Positions 24,837 to 35,194 of a stretch of DNA of 39,667 nt are shown here, piece by piece. Origin of the DNA: Candidatus Omnitrophota bacterium (GTDB lineage Bacteria > Omnitrophota > Gorgyraeia > Duberdicusellales > 4484-171); contig JAIPHC010000003.1 of the NCBI GenBank assembly GCA_021735405.1, positions 1 to 39,667 on the forward strand, written 5' to 3'. The notes beneath the pieces were generated by a model. That model searched no databases. It was given only the letters and a program-made list of their open reading frames with translations, and was not told the DNA's origin. Both the position numbers and the translations under genes were made by a program. How positions within the stretch are numbered: position 1 is the first letter of the stretch; each line of letters opens with the position of its first letter.

Positions 24837-27221
24837 CTAACAGGGCTTACTTTTTTTAAATTTTAATAAAGTATGGATATACCAGCTGGCTGAGCCGGTA
24901 AGGTAGGAATAAAGGCCTTGCCCTTGGCTATTAAAATATTCAGGCAGTTGAGGATAAGTTGTGTTTGAACCAGATTTAGCCATTCCATAAAGAGAGTTAA
25001 TAACAGAATCTCCCTCTTTTCTAAAACCTCGTTTGTAAAGGGCATAAGAAAACATAATAATCATATGGCTAAAAAAAGCGCCATTTTCTTTATCCCCGTA
25101 GCTAAAGCCGAAAGCTCTTCCCAGCTCGGGATAGACAGAACCAAAATTTGTATTAAGCCGAAAGCTTTTGTTTTTATCTTTTAAATATTTATTGGCCGAC
25201 TGCCAGATTTTTTTAATTTGATCTCTGGTAGCTACTCCGCTCATTATTGCAAATACTTGCGGAGCAAGCATCATTTGTACCTTTGCTTTGTTTTTCCCGG
25301 CGCATTTTTTCCCGGCATTATCATAGTAGCCGTTAAAAAAACCTTTATTCAACCATTCTTTCTCCAGGAGCCAGCCGCTAAGATGTTTATATTTTTTTTC
25401 CAAATCAAAGATGACAGCGTCTACATTTACTTTGACTTTTTTACCAGAAATTTGTATTGTGCTTTCCAGATATTTTTTTAGTTGTTTTTGTTTTTCCCGG
25501 AAACTATTATAGTTAATCGGTTTATCTAAACTATCTAAAAGAAGTGTCAGCTCTTTTAGGATTTCGATCTTATTTTTTTTTCTTTTCAGTGTTTTCATCA
25601 GTTTAGTAATACCTTTTAAGTTATGAGCGTACATAAAGCTGAAAGTTACCGTTTCTCCGTAATTACTTGCCATATCTAAGGCGTCGTTCCAATCAGCGCT
25701 TTCTAATTTTATAATATTGTGGGAGCCGACGTTAAAAAATGATGTTAAGTTTTGGATAAGCAGATGTTCCAAGAGGCTACCTTTATAAATTTTGTTTTTA
25801 GTTGTACGTAAAATGAAATCTTTTTGATTGAAGCCATAATCAATTCTAGTTGATCGCATCAAGTGGGAATCTCGAAAATAAGGCAGTTGTTGGCTTAATA
25901 TATTTATATTTTTGCTTTGTTCTAAATAAGAATTTAAAGTCAAATAAGGCCAGATTCCATGGTCAGACCAAACCCGGCTTATTTTATTGCGGTCAGATAA
26001 AAAACTATTATCTTTTTTTATTATAGTAGCGTTTGAGCCGTCTAGGCGTATGCCGGAAAAAGAATTTATTATTAATTTTTTCGCTTCTTTTGGTTCATAA
26101 TGCAATAAAACTAAGGCATCCTGCCAAAGGTCCCGCCAGCCTCTGCCTCCTTTTCCATAGTCAAAATGGGGCAGAAACGAGCAGCCGAAAAGTTTACGCA
26201 AAGCAGGCTGTGCTTTCACCCACCTTAACCAGTTGTTATAATTTTTGTCTTTAAAATTAAATTCTATTTTTCCAAAAGCAGTCTGCCAATATTTTTTGGT
26301 TGCAATAAGTTCTTTTTTTACCTTTTTGTTAGTATCAATTTTAGAAAACAAATCAGTTATTTTATTGCGGCATGCTTTTTTTGCCCCCGATGCCAAGCCC
26401 AAGCCTATAATATAACTTGTTTGTTTTTCTTTTTTTAGTAATTTGCTGCCAAAATCGAAAGCAGCTATTATTTCTTTACCGTCAAAACTGTCTCTCTTTT
26501 TTTTGGCTGATTTTTTATTTTTATAAACCGCATCGGGTTTTAAGAGGCCTCCTTTTCCGCAGAAGTAATCTAAAACAGGGAATTGGCCTTTAATCTCAGA
26601 GCCTTTCCCCTTGGCTAGACAGAAATAGGTGGTTTTACCTAAGCTGTGGCCTTCTTCATTAAATAAAAGAGCCGGCCGGAGCAAGATGCCGTTTTTTGTT
26701 AAATCGATTCTATTTAAAAGGCTGCTTACGTGCCGATGGTCCCGCAGGGTCGTTTCGCTTCTCCCGTAAAGAGGTATAGCTGAATAGGCAGTTATGTTTA
26801 GATTTTTCTTTGATTTATTTTTTACCTTAATTTGCATAACTTCGATGTCAAGGTTGTAAGGGATAAAGTTTAATATTTCTACATCAACTAATTTTGTATA
26901 TTTGGTAATCTTATGATAGAAAAAACCAGCCTGGAGTTTATCGGGATAGGGGTCTGACAGCCGGATAATTTTTTCTTTTGTTGGGCTAACTTTAATTTTT
27001 ATAAAAAAATCCCTGCGAACTAAAGGATTATACTTTATATCTATCGCAGTTGCCGGCGGGGTAAGAAAGTAGTCTTTGTCTTTTTTGATGTCCCCGGCTA
27101 AATTGGGGCTAATTGAAGAAAGTAGACTTCCTGATTTATTTGTTAAGGGAAAGTAGTTGTTGTAGCGATGGGAATTTTCTACTACAAACTCTTCTCTGTT
27201 GCCGGTAAATTTATATATCAT
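24837..27221 (-). CDS. GH94 glycoside phosphorylase (cellobiose/laminaribiose phosphorylase-like)
   Basis: RDHRHVSSLL, GGRGWRDLWQD, catalytic ADWNDALD, ENGAFFSH, LTGSASW. Confidence 0.85.
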   Translation of the reverse strand: MIYKFTGNREEFVVENSHRYNNYFPLTNKSGSLLSSISPNLAGDIKKDKDYFLTPPATAIDIKYNPLVRRDFFIKIKVSPTKEKIIRLSDPYPDKLQAGFFYHKITKYTKLVDVEILNFIPYNLDIEVMQIKVKNKSKKNLNITAYSAIPLYGRSETTLRDHRHVSSLLNRIDLTKNGILLRPALLFNEEGHSLGKTTYFCLAKGKGSEIKGQFPVLDYFCGKGGLLKPDAVYKNKKSAKKKRDSFDGKEIIAAFDFGSKLLKKEKQTSYIIGLGLASGAKKACRNKITDLFSKIDTNKKVKKELIATKKYWQTAFGKIEFNFKDKNYNNWLRWVKAQPALRKLFGCSFLPHFDYGKGGRGWRDLWQDALVLLHYEPKEAKKLIINSFSGIRLDGSNATIIKKDNSFLSDRNKISRVWSDHGIWPYLTLNSYLEQSKNINILSQQLPYFRDSHLMRSTRIDYGFNQKDFILRTTKNKIYKGSLLEHLLIQNLTSFFNVGSHNIIKLESADWNDALDMASNYGETVTFSFMYAHNLKGITKLMKTLKRKKNKIEILKELTLLLDSLDKPINYNSFREKQKQLKKYLESTIQISGKKVKVNVDAVIFDLEKKYKHLSGWLLEKEWLNKGFFNGYYDNAGKKCAGKNKAKVQMMLAPQVFAIMSGVATRDQIKKIWQSANKYLKDKNKSFRLNTNFGSVYPELGRAFGFSYGDKENGAFFSHMIIMFSYALYKRGFRKEGDSVINSLYGMAKSGSNTTYPQLPEYFNSQGQGLYSYLTGSASWYIHTLLKFKKSKPC

Positions 27222-27229
27222 TGCTATCT

Positions 27230-27258
27230 ATTCTATAATAAGAAGCTTGTTTAGCCAA
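27230..27258 (-). promoter_or_regulatory. Candidate promoter for the GH94 gene (near-leaderless)
   Basis: Minus strand TTGGCT-17 bp-TAGAAT, ending 8 nt before the ATG. Confidence 0.45.
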
Positions 27259-27367
27259 TTATTTTTTCCCCAATGTTGCCGAGTGGTTAATTTAGAATAG
27301 GGAGAATTTAATTTCATTTTGGAAGCCAACCTGATATAATTGTTTCTAATAAGGAGAAAGGCCGGGG

Positions 27368-29092
27368 ATGGCGAAATATAAAAATTTAGTAATTTCAGCA
27401 ATAATTTTACTTGGATTAGTATCTAATTTTTCAGGGTTTTCACAAGAATCTGGACAAGGCCCCCCTTCAACTTGCGCAGTCTATCTTACCGGCATTGGCT
27501 GTCACAATTGTGCCATAACCGACCCCTTAATACTTTCGAAATTGCTTTATGAATATGATGATCTTATAGTTATCGAATATGAGATTTTTAAAGCTGGTTC
27601 GAAAAACGAAAAAGTAAGCTCTCAATATTTTAAAAATTACCTGCCCGGCGAACAATTAGGAGTTCCTTTTTTTATTTTAACTAAAACAGCCAAAGCTTTA
27701 GGCAGTATAGAAGTTTCTAAAGCAGAAGAGTTGTTTAAGAAAAAAAAGGTAAACCGGTGCCCTTTGCCTTCAGGCCGGCTTAGGTCTTTTGATAATCTAA
27801 ATTTAAGCTCTTTGCCGGGTAAGGTAAAAATTTGGCATAAAAATAAAGTATTGATTTCGGATGAAGGCAGGTCTGATAATAATAGTTTAAAAAATCTGCT
27901 TACTTTATCTGATCCCAGTCCAATTTTAAAAGAGATAAAAGCAGAAACAATTGAGCCCAAAGAAGTTTTAATATCAGGAGGTAAAATTAAATTTAAAAAT
28001 GCAGTGAAAATAGAGGGCTGGATATTTCAATGGGGGCAAAAAGAAATAGTTAAGAGCAAAACTGCGCGCCAGCAAAATAAAAGCATGATTAAAATTAATT
28101 CTGAGCCGGAAACGAGGAAGGCCTACAGCGATTATCGTTTATTTTTAAAGGGAGAGGGTGGAGCCAAAAATTTCTATATCGGCATAGAAGCATTAATTAT
28201 ATTGATTCTGGTTTTATTGCTGTTTAGGAAAAAGATAAGTTCATTATTTTCTAAAAATAAACAAGAATTTAAGAATTCATTGGTAATAATTAGTTTACTG
28301 GCAGCGGTTGGTTTAATTTTTATTTTGGCAAAAAATATTCCCGCAGGATTTCTAAAAAATTTTAGCAGTCAAGTGCCATTGCCTGTTTTTACCTTTACTA
28401 TTGCTCTTGTTGATGGTTTTAATCCTTGCAACTTATTTGTTTTAACTTTATTGCTTGCGCTTTTGATTTCAGCTTCCGGCAGTAAAAAAAGAGTTTATTT
28501 GATAGGTTTTGTTTTTGTATTTGTTGTTTTTATTTTTTATTTCTTTTTTATGGCGGCTTGGCTTAATATATTCAAATATTTTAATCTTTTTGCTCCAATC
28601 CGGGCAGTTATCGGAAGCATTGCAATTTTAGCCGGGCTGATTAATTGTAAGGATTTCTTTTTCTTTAAAAAAGGAATTTCTTTAACTATCGGAGACAAAC
28701 AAAAGGGGAAGCTCACTAAAAAAATGAATAAAGTAAGAAAAATAGCCGAAAGAGGCTCTGTTCTCATGCTTATCTTATCTTCGGCAGGGCTGGCGGTTTT
28801 TAGTTCATTTGTTGAACTACCTTGCACCGCAGGCTTTCCGATGATATTTACCACTATTCTCGCCGGTGAAACTGTAAAAGCTACCAGCAGTTACTATTTG
28901 TGGATATTATTTTACAATTTAATTTATGTATTGCCTTTAGCTATAATAGTTGCGATATTTGGGTATACCTTCCAAGCCAAGAGGATTAGCCAAAGACAAA
29001 TTGAATTTATTAAATTAGTTGGAGGGGTTATTATGGTAGCTTTAGGTTTGATTCTTATAGTTAATCCTCAAATTCTGGGAATCGCCCTTTAA
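27368..29092 (+). CDS. Thioredoxin-like (CxxC) domain fused to a CcdA/DsbD-type membrane domain
   Basis: Signal peptide, GIGCHNC, GVPF, then VDGFNPC and VELPCTAG in a multi-TM C-terminus. Extended -10 TGaTATAAT at 27332-27340. Confidence 0.75.
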   Translation: MAKYKNLVISAIILLGLVSNFSGFSQESGQGPPSTCAVYLTGIGCHNCAITDPLILSKLLYEYDDLIVIEYEIFKAGSKNEKVSSQYFKNYLPGEQLGVPFFILTKTAKALGSIEVSKAEELFKKKKVNRCPLPSGRLRSFDNLNLSSLPGKVKIWHKNKVLISDEGRSDNNSLKNLLTLSDPSPILKEIKAETIEPKEVLISGGKIKFKNAVKIEGWIFQWGQKEIVKSKTARQQNKSMIKINSEPETRKAYSDYRLFLKGEGGAKNFYIGIEALIILILVLLLFRKKISSLFSKNKQEFKNSLVIISLLAAVGLIFILAKNIPAGFLKNFSSQVPLPVFTFTIALVDGFNPCNLFVLTLLLALLISASGSKKRVYLIGFVFVFVVFIFYFFFMAAWLNIFKYFNLFAPIRAVIGSIAILAGLINCKDFFFFKKGISLTIGDKQKGKLTKKMNKVRKIAERGSVLMLILSSAGLAVFSSFVELPCTAGFPMIFTTILAGETVKATSSYYLWILFYNLIYVLPLAIIVAIFGYTFQAKRISQRQIEFIKLVGGVIMVALGLILIVNPQILGIAL

Positions 29093-29119
29093 TAATTTTT
29101 ATTCAGAAACAGTTATTTT

Positions 29120-30382
29120 ATGAACTTACCATATTTATTATTTTCTGATAAAAAAGGTAAAATTTATTCACATCCTTATCTGAAAATGCTCGGAGGCTTA
29201 TTGGAAGAATTCCGTCTTCCTAAAAAAGGGGAGTTAATTCCAGCTCCTTCGGGTACGACCTTTTTTTATCTTCCTGGCAGTTATCCTTGCGGTTATAATC
29301 CGGAGAGCCAAAGATTTGAAAAAATAGAGAAATTCGAAGGCAAAAGAGTATATGCGGTTTCGTCTTTTTTGCCGCCTTCTTATCTGCGTTTATATAATCC
29401 GGCAGCATATTGGCAAAAAAAGAAAAGAAGGCTTCCGCTTTGGGCTTATACCGGTTGCGGGTTTTATGGCGGAAAAGTTATGGTAGCGGCTAGAAAAGTT
29501 GATAAAAGAATCAGGCAGGCTCCCGGGTTTTATGATAATGGGTTGGTTGAAAAACGAGCTAATTTTTTTATTAAAAAATTTCGGAAAAACCGCCTCTATA
29601 AACATCTTTTTAATTGTGCTTTAAATTATAATTGTCTGGCTGCAAAAAATCTTTTTATGCAGCGCTGGGAAGCTCCTTTGCCGGTAGCCAGATTTTGTAA
29701 TGCCCGCTGTCTTGGCTGTCTCAGCCTTCAGGATTCAAATTGCATTTCTTCCCATCAGAGGATTAATTTTAAACCTAAAGTTTCTGAAGTTGTTGAAGTA
29801 ATGATAAATCATCTAGAAAAAGCAAAAGAGCCCATTGTTAGTTTTGGCCAAGGCTGTGAAGGGGAGCCCTTGCTGGAAGCAAGTTTAATAGCCGAAAGCG
29901 TAAAAGAAGTAAAGAGCAGAGTTAAACGGGGGACGATTAATGTAAATACTAACGGCAGTTTTCCGGAAAAAATAAAAACGCTTTCCCGGGCCGGGGTTGA
30001 TTCTTTCAGGATAAGTTTAAACAGCCCCGAAGAGAGATTTTATAATATTTATTTCAAGCCAAAGAATTATAAATTTTTAGATGTTGTCGAATCAATTCGA
30101 ATTGCTAAAAAATACGGAAAATTTGTTGCTCTAAATTTATTTATTTTTCCCGGTTTTAGCGATTCAAGGCAGCAAATAGATAAGTTATTAAGTTTTTTGC
30201 GAAAAAATGATATAGACATGATTCAGTGGCGCAATTTAAATATTGATCCAAACTATTACATTCGTAAAATATCAGACAGCAGCTTAAAACCAGCGGGGGT
30301 GCCGGCTCTTCTGGGAGCGGTTAGAAGAAACTTTCCCGGAATAAAGACAGGTTATTTTAATCTACCCAAAGAAAGTTTTTAA
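29120..30382 (+). CDS. Radical SAM protein of unknown function
   Basis: CNARCLGC (CxxxCxxC), FGQGCEGEPLL, NTNG; extra CALNYNC. Confidence 0.9.
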   Translation: MNLPYLLFSDKKGKIYSHPYLKMLGGLLEEFRLPKKGELIPAPSGTTFFYLPGSYPCGYNPESQRFEKIEKFEGKRVYAVSSFLPPSYLRLYNPAAYWQKKKRRLPLWAYTGCGFYGGKVMVAARKVDKRIRQAPGFYDNGLVEKRANFFIKKFRKNRLYKHLFNCALNYNCLAAKNLFMQRWEAPLPVARFCNARCLGCLSLQDSNCISSHQRINFKPKVSEVVEVMINHLEKAKEPIVSFGQGCEGEPLLEASLIAESVKEVKSRVKRGTINVNTNGSFPEKIKTLSRAGVDSFRISLNSPEERFYNIYFKPKNYKFLDVVESIRIAKKYGKFVALNLFIFPGFSDSRQQIDKLLSFLRKNDIDMIQWRNLNIDPNYYIRKISDSSLKPAGVPALLGAVRRNFPGIKTGYFNLPKESF

Positions 30383-30488
30383 AACTCAATTTTATATGGT
30401 ACAATCTATTTAAGAGATTACAGCGATTAGAAAAATGATTGTAATGATTCAATCATCGTAAAATAATTGCCGAAATCATGTTAAAAAG

Positions 30489-30707
30489 ATGATAAAACAA
30501 GTTGAATTAAATATCCCCACAACTTTTAAAAAAGAGCCTTTTTTTTATAATATAATTAAAAATTTTAAAGTTATCCCCAGTATTTTAGAAGCATCTTTTT
30601 CAACCGCGACCGGTTGGGCTATCGTTAGTTTCCAAGGCAGCAGCAAAGAATTAACGAGGTTGTTTGATTATTTAGAAAAAAAAGGCATAGAAGTCAAGTT
30701 TCGTTAA
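30489..30707 (+). CDS. Stand-alone NIL-domain protein
   Basis: 72 aa, EPFFYNIIKNFKVIPSILEA...GWAIVSFQG...YLEKKGIEV matches the NIL pattern. Confidence 0.75.
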   Translation: MIKQVELNIPTTFKKEPFFYNIIKNFKVIPSILEASFSTATGWAIVSFQGSSKELTRLFDYLEKKGIEVKFR

Positions 30708-30726
30708 TCCTTCCCCAGGTTAAAAT

Positions 30727-31788
30727 ATGGAAAAAGTAATAGTTGCAATGAGTGGCGGGGTTGATTCTTCCGTTGCGGCTTTATTATTAAAGGAGGCTGG
30801 TTTTTTTGTTGCCGGAGTTACTATGTCTTTTGCTGATAAACACAGAGATAGCGAATCCAGGAATTTTGAAGAAAGAAATATAGAAGACGCTAAAAAAATA
30901 GCCGAACAATTAAAAATAAAACATTATGTTTGGGATTTTTCAAAAGAGCTGGAAAATCAAGTGGCAGCAAAATTTTTAAACGGGTATTTGGCCGGCAGAA
31001 CCCCTAACCCTTGCGTGGAGTGCAATAAATTTATAAAGTTCGGGTCTTTATTAAAAAAAACAAAAGAATTAGGTTTTGATTTTTTAGCAACCGGGCATTA
31101 TGCTAAAATTCAGAAAAATAAAAATTTATTTTTGTTAAAAAAACCTAAAGATAAAACTAAAGATCAGACATATTTTATCTATTCGATAAAAAAAGAAAAA
31201 TTGGCTGATATTTTATTTCCTTTATCTGACTATCAAAAAAAGCAAGTTCAAAATATCGCAAAAGAAAGACAATTATTTGTTTTTGAAAAAGATCAAAGCC
31301 AAGATCTGTGTTTTGTTTTAGAGAAAAAATATGTTGATTTTGTCAAGGCACAAAGGCAAAAAGAAAAGGCAGGTTTTATCGTAAACACAAAGGGAAAAAT
31401 TTTAGGAAAGCATAAAGGAGTATTCTTTTATACTGTGGGGCAAAGAAAAGGCTTAGGAATAAGCGCTAAACAGCCATTATATGTTTTGTCGATTGACGCA
31501 AAAAATAATAAGATTATTGTAGGTAAAAAAAACAAGTTGAAAAACAAGGGGCTTATTGCAGGCAGCCTGAATCTTTTGGCAGAGTCTTTTCCTAAAAAAG
31601 CAAAAGCAAAAATTCGGTATGCTCATAAGGAGGCTGATTGCAGTTTAGAAAATGATGGCAAAAGATTAAAGGTTGTTTTTTCGCGCAAACAGGAAGCAAT
31701 TACTCCGGGGCAATCCGTAGTGTTTTACGATAAGGATATTGTTTTAGGAGGGGGGATAATTGAGGAGGTTTTAGATGAAACTAGCTGA
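30727..31788 (+). CDS. mnmA: tRNA 2-thiouridine(34) synthase MnmA
   Basis: AMSGGVDSS, TPNPCVECNKFIKF, ATGHYA, KDQTYF, SQDLCF, YTVGQRKGLG, ITPGQSVVFY. Confidence 0.96.
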   Translation: MEKVIVAMSGGVDSSVAALLLKEAGFFVAGVTMSFADKHRDSESRNFEERNIEDAKKIAEQLKIKHYVWDFSKELENQVAAKFLNGYLAGRTPNPCVECNKFIKFGSLLKKTKELGFDFLATGHYAKIQKNKNLFLLKKPKDKTKDQTYFIYSIKKEKLADILFPLSDYQKKQVQNIAKERQLFVFEKDQSQDLCFVLEKKYVDFVKAQRQKEKAGFIVNTKGKILGKHKGVFFYTVGQRKGLGISAKQPLYVLSIDAKNNKIIVGKKNKLKNKGLIAGSLNLLAESFPKKAKAKIRYAHKEADCSLENDGKRLKVVFSRKQEAITPGQSVVFYDKDIVLGGGIIEEVLDETS

Positions 31789-32680
31789 TAAAATTAAAAA
31801 GCTAAAGAAAGAAAAAAATGCTGTAATTTTAGTCCATAATTACCAGAATCCGGAAGTTCAGGAAATAGCGGATTTTACCGGCGATTCTTTAGGCTTAAGC
31901 AAAAAAGCAGCGGCTACGGATGCGGATATTATAATTTTTTGCGGAGTTTTTTTCATGGCTGAAACTGCTAAGATTCTCTCGCCGCAAAAAAAGGTAATTC
32001 TCCCTGATGAACAAGCCGGATGCCCCATGGCTGACATGATAACAGCAAAACAGCTGATAGAGTTAAAGAGAAAACATCCAAAAGCCAAGGTATTAACTTA
32101 TGTCAACAGCCCGGCTGAAGTAAAAGCCGAATCTGATTTTTGCTGTACTTCGGCAAATTCAATCAGTGTAGTTGAAAAAGCTTTTAGCGAAGATGATCAA
32201 ATTATATTTGTTCCCGATAAATTCCTGGGCCAGTATACCGCGGGTCAAACTAAGCGGGATTTTATATTCTGGCAAGGGTATTGCCCAGCTCATGCAAAAA
32301 TTAGCCCCGAGGATTTAAGAAAACAAAAAGAAATTCATCCTGATGCAAAAATCATTGTTCATCCTGAATGCCGGCCAGAAACTATAGCTTTAGCCGACAG
32401 AGCTCTTTCAACTTCAGGGATGATTAAATTTGCTAAAGAAACTACAGCAAAAAAGATAATTGTGGGAACAGAGCCGGGGATGATTTATCCTCTCAGAAAA
32501 TATGCACCGGATAAATGTTTTTATCCGGCTTCCAGCCAGGCTAATTGTCCGGATATGAAAAAGATTAATTTGGAAAAAGTCCTTAACGGGCTCGAAAATT
32601 TAAGTTATGAAATAAAAATAAAAGATGAAATAATTCATCAGGCAAAAAGAAGTATTCAGAGAATGTTGGATTTAAGTTAA
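31775..32680 (+). CDS. nadA: Quinolinate synthase
   Basis: VHNYQ, GDSLGL, FCGVFFMAE, GCPMA, YVNS, CCTSAN, HPEC, CPDMK. Confidence 0.96.
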   Translation: MKLADKIKKLKKEKNAVILVHNYQNPEVQEIADFTGDSLGLSKKAAATDADIIIFCGVFFMAETAKILSPQKKVILPDEQAGCPMADMITAKQLIELKRKHPKAKVLTYVNSPAEVKAESDFCCTSANSISVVEKAFSEDDQIIFVPDKFLGQYTAGQTKRDFIFWQGYCPAHAKISPEDLRKQKEIHPDAKIIVHPECRPETIALADRALSTSGMIKFAKETTAKKIIVGTEPGMIYPLRKYAPDKCFYPASSQANCPDMKKINLEKVLNGLENLSYEIKIKDEIIHQAKRSIQRMLDLS

Positions 32681-32691
32681 AAGCGCCTCAA

Positions 32692-32720
32692 TTGACACTT
32701 TTTTAGAGCTGTGATATAAA
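32692..32720 (+). promoter_or_regulatory. Sigma70 promoter
   Basis: TTGACA-17 bp-TATAAA with extended -10 TG. Confidence 0.7.
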
Positions 32721-32737
32721 TTTTTTAAAGGTTGATT

Positions 32738-33730
32738 ATGAAAACAAAAGCAATAGCGTTATTATCCGGAGGCCTGGACAGTATCTTGGCCGCTCAACAG
32801 GTTAAGGAGGAAGGAGTTGAGGTGACAGCCTTGCATTTTAATAACCCTTTTTCTGTTTCTCCGGAGGGGCAAAAAAAAGAACTTCTTGGTAAAATATCAA
32901 ATCAATTAGGGCTGAAATTAAATAATGAAGCTTTAGGAAAGGATTATTTATCAATCATAAAAAAGCCTAAATTCGGTTATGGGAAGAATTTAAATCCTTG
33001 TATCGACTGCCGGATATATATGCTGAGGAAAACAAAACAATATATGAAAAGCTCAGGCGCGTCTTTTATAGTTACAGGAGAAGTCTTGGGGCAAAGGCCG
33101 ATGTCGCAGCATCACAAAGCTTTGTTTGATATCGAAAAAGAATCCGGCTTAAAGGAGATGATTTTACGGCCTCTTTCGGCAAAGTTATTTCCTGAAACAA
33201 TTCCTGAGAAAAAAGGATGGGTAGAAAGAAATAATTTATTAAGTATTTCGGGACGGAGCAGAAAAATTCAGCTTCAACTAGCAGATAAATATAAAATAAA
33301 AGATTATTTTTGGGCAGGAGGAGGGTGTTTATTGACTGATTCCAATTTTTGCCGCCGGCTTGAAGATATTATAAAAATAGATCAATTAAATTTAGCCAAC
33401 ATTGAACTTCTTAAAGTAGGAAGGCATTTTAGATTCGGTCCTTCTTTTAAGTTTATCGTAGGAAGGGATGAAAAAGAAAACCAAAAACTTGATTATTTAA
33501 AAAAGGAAAATGATTATTTGTTTAAACCGATAGATCAAGCTGGCCCTACTGGATTAGGAAGAGGAAAAATTAATGAATCAATTAAAGAATTATGCACTAA
33601 AATTATTACCAGATATAGCTCAGGAGATCAAGATTTTAAGATACGCATAACAAATGATAAAGAAAAAATTGATGAAGTTTATAAGGCTGAAATGCCCGAA
33701 AATAATAAATACAGATCATTTATAATTTAA
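32738..33730 (+). CDS. PP-loop tRNA sulfurtransferase-like protein (ThiI/MnmA-like, no THUMP domain)
   Basis: LLSGGLDS, NPCIDCR, TGEVLGQRPMSQ, AGGGCLLTD, GRHFR. Confidence 0.8.
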   Translation: MKTKAIALLSGGLDSILAAQQVKEEGVEVTALHFNNPFSVSPEGQKKELLGKISNQLGLKLNNEALGKDYLSIIKKPKFGYGKNLNPCIDCRIYMLRKTKQYMKSSGASFIVTGEVLGQRPMSQHHKALFDIEKESGLKEMILRPLSAKLFPETIPEKKGWVERNNLLSISGRSRKIQLQLADKYKIKDYFWAGGGCLLTDSNFCRRLEDIIKIDQLNLANIELLKVGRHFRFGPSFKFIVGRDEKENQKLDYLKKENDYLFKPIDQAGPTGLGRGKINESIKELCTKIITRYSSGDQDFKIRITNDKEKIDEVYKAEMPENNKYRSFII

Positions 33731-33735
33731 AATAG

Positions 33736-33842
33736 AGGTATTCGCTAAATAATTGTATTTAAGTATAAGGCACTTCGCCAAGGAATTTGGCTCAGTGCCA
33801 TTGAAAATATAGGTATTCGCTAAATAAAATCATTTTCAATGG
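33736..33842 (+). repeat. Structured leader of metY: 17-bp direct repeat plus two hairpins
   Basis: aggtattcgctaaataa at 33736-33752 and 33811-33827; ggcact/agtgcc stem 33769-33799; ccattgaaaat/attttcaatgg 33798-33842. Confidence 0.75.
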
Positions 33843-33850
33843 AGGTAAAA

Positions 33851-35143
33851 ATGAGTAAAATTGATAAAAAATTAAAACCGGAAAGCATTCTCCTTCATGG
33901 GGGTCAAGAGCCTGATCCGGTAACTGGCGCACGAGCTGTCCCGGTTTATCAGACTACTTCTTATAAATTTAAAGATTCAGACCATGCAGCGAAATTATTT
34001 GCTTTAAAAGAGCCTGGCAATATTTACACCCGGCTAATGAATCCAACAACGGATGTTTTTGAAAAAAGAGTGGCTGCTTTAGACGGCGGAGCGGGGGCCT
34101 TGGCTACGGCAAGCGGGATGTCGGCAATTACCTTATCCATTCTTAATATTGCTCAAGCTGGAGATGAGATAGTTTCTGCTGATAACCTTTATGGAGGTAC
34201 TTACACTCTTTTTCGCTACAGGCTTAAGCAATTGGGGATAAAGGTGAAGTTTGTCAATTCAGAGAATCCAGAAGCTTTTAGAAAAGCTATCACAAATAAA
34301 ACAAAAGCTGTGTATGTAGAATCAATTGGGAATCCTAAACTGGATGTGCCTGATATAGAAAAACTTTCCGGGATAGCCCACAAAAAAGGCATACCTTTGA
34401 TTATAGATAATACTGTTGCGCCTTATATTTTGTCTCCAATTAAGTTTGGCGCAGATATTGTGGTTTATTCGGCGACTAAATTTTTAGGAGGCCACGGCAC
34501 CTCAATTGGAGGGGTAATCGTTGATTCGGGAAAGTTTAACTGGGATAAGGGAAAATTTCCTTTAATCTCAGAACCTGACCCCAGTTATCAGGGAATTAAT
34601 TTTATTAAGGCGCTGAAACCCCGGGGTAATATCGCTTATATTGTTAAGGCGAGGCTATCGCTGCTTCGTGACCTAGGGCCTGCTTTATCGCCTTTTAATA
34701 GTTTTCTTTTTTTGCAAGGGTTAGAGACTTTACATCTTAGAATGCCAAGGCATTGTCAAAATGCTTTAGAAGTTGCTGAGTTTTTAAAGAATCATTCTAA
34801 GGTTGCCTGGGTGAGGTATCCTGGTTTGAATTCAGATTCACAAAATGAAAAGATAAACAAATATTTACCTAAGGGTAGAGGAGCTATCGTTGGTTTCGGG
34901 GTAAAGAAGGGAAAAGCCGCTGGTAAAAAATTTATAGATTCTTTAAAATTGATTTCACATCTTGCTAACATTGGAGACGCCAAAACCTTAGCGATTCATC
35001 CGGCTACCACTACTCATCAACAGCTAACTAAAGAAGAACAAAAAACAACCGGAGTAAGCCAAGATTATATTCGGATTTCGGTTGGCATCGAAAACATAGA
35101 TGATATCATTTCTGATATCGATCAAGCTTTAAATCATGTTTAG
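33851..35143 (+). CDS. metY: O-acetylhomoserine aminocarboxypropyltransferase (sulfhydrylase)
   Basis: [59 protein letters not shown] favours ATG 33851. Confidence 0.93.
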   Translation: MSKIDKKLKPESILLHGGQEPDPVTGARAVPVYQTTSYKFKDSDHAAKLFALKEPGNIYTRLMNPTTDVFEKRVAALDGGAGALATASGMSAITLSILNIAQAGDEIVSADNLYGGTYTLFRYRLKQLGIKVKFVNSENPEAFRKAITNKTKAVYVESIGNPKLDVPDIEKLSGIAHKKGIPLIIDNTVAPYILSPIKFGADIVVYSATKFLGGHGTSIGGVIVDSGKFNWDKGKFPLISEPDPSYQGINFIKALKPRGNIAYIVKARLSLLRDLGPALSPFNSFLFLQGLETLHLRMPRHCQNALEVAEFLKNHSKVAWVRYPGLNSDSQNEKINKYLPKGRGAIVGFGVKKGKAAGKKFIDSLKLISHLANIGDAKTLAIHPATTTHQQLTKEEQKTTGVSQDYIRISVGIENIDDIISDIDQALNHV

Positions 35144-35194
35144 AAAGAGCCAAGATACAAATTACAATAATTAAATTTTAATAACCAAATAAAA

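Noticed and set aside
33731-33850. SAM-I riboswitch or T-box upstream of metY
   Set aside because: No ATC..GAG / GGCAACC / GTGC..ATTCC core and no T-box GGTGG.ACC sequence.
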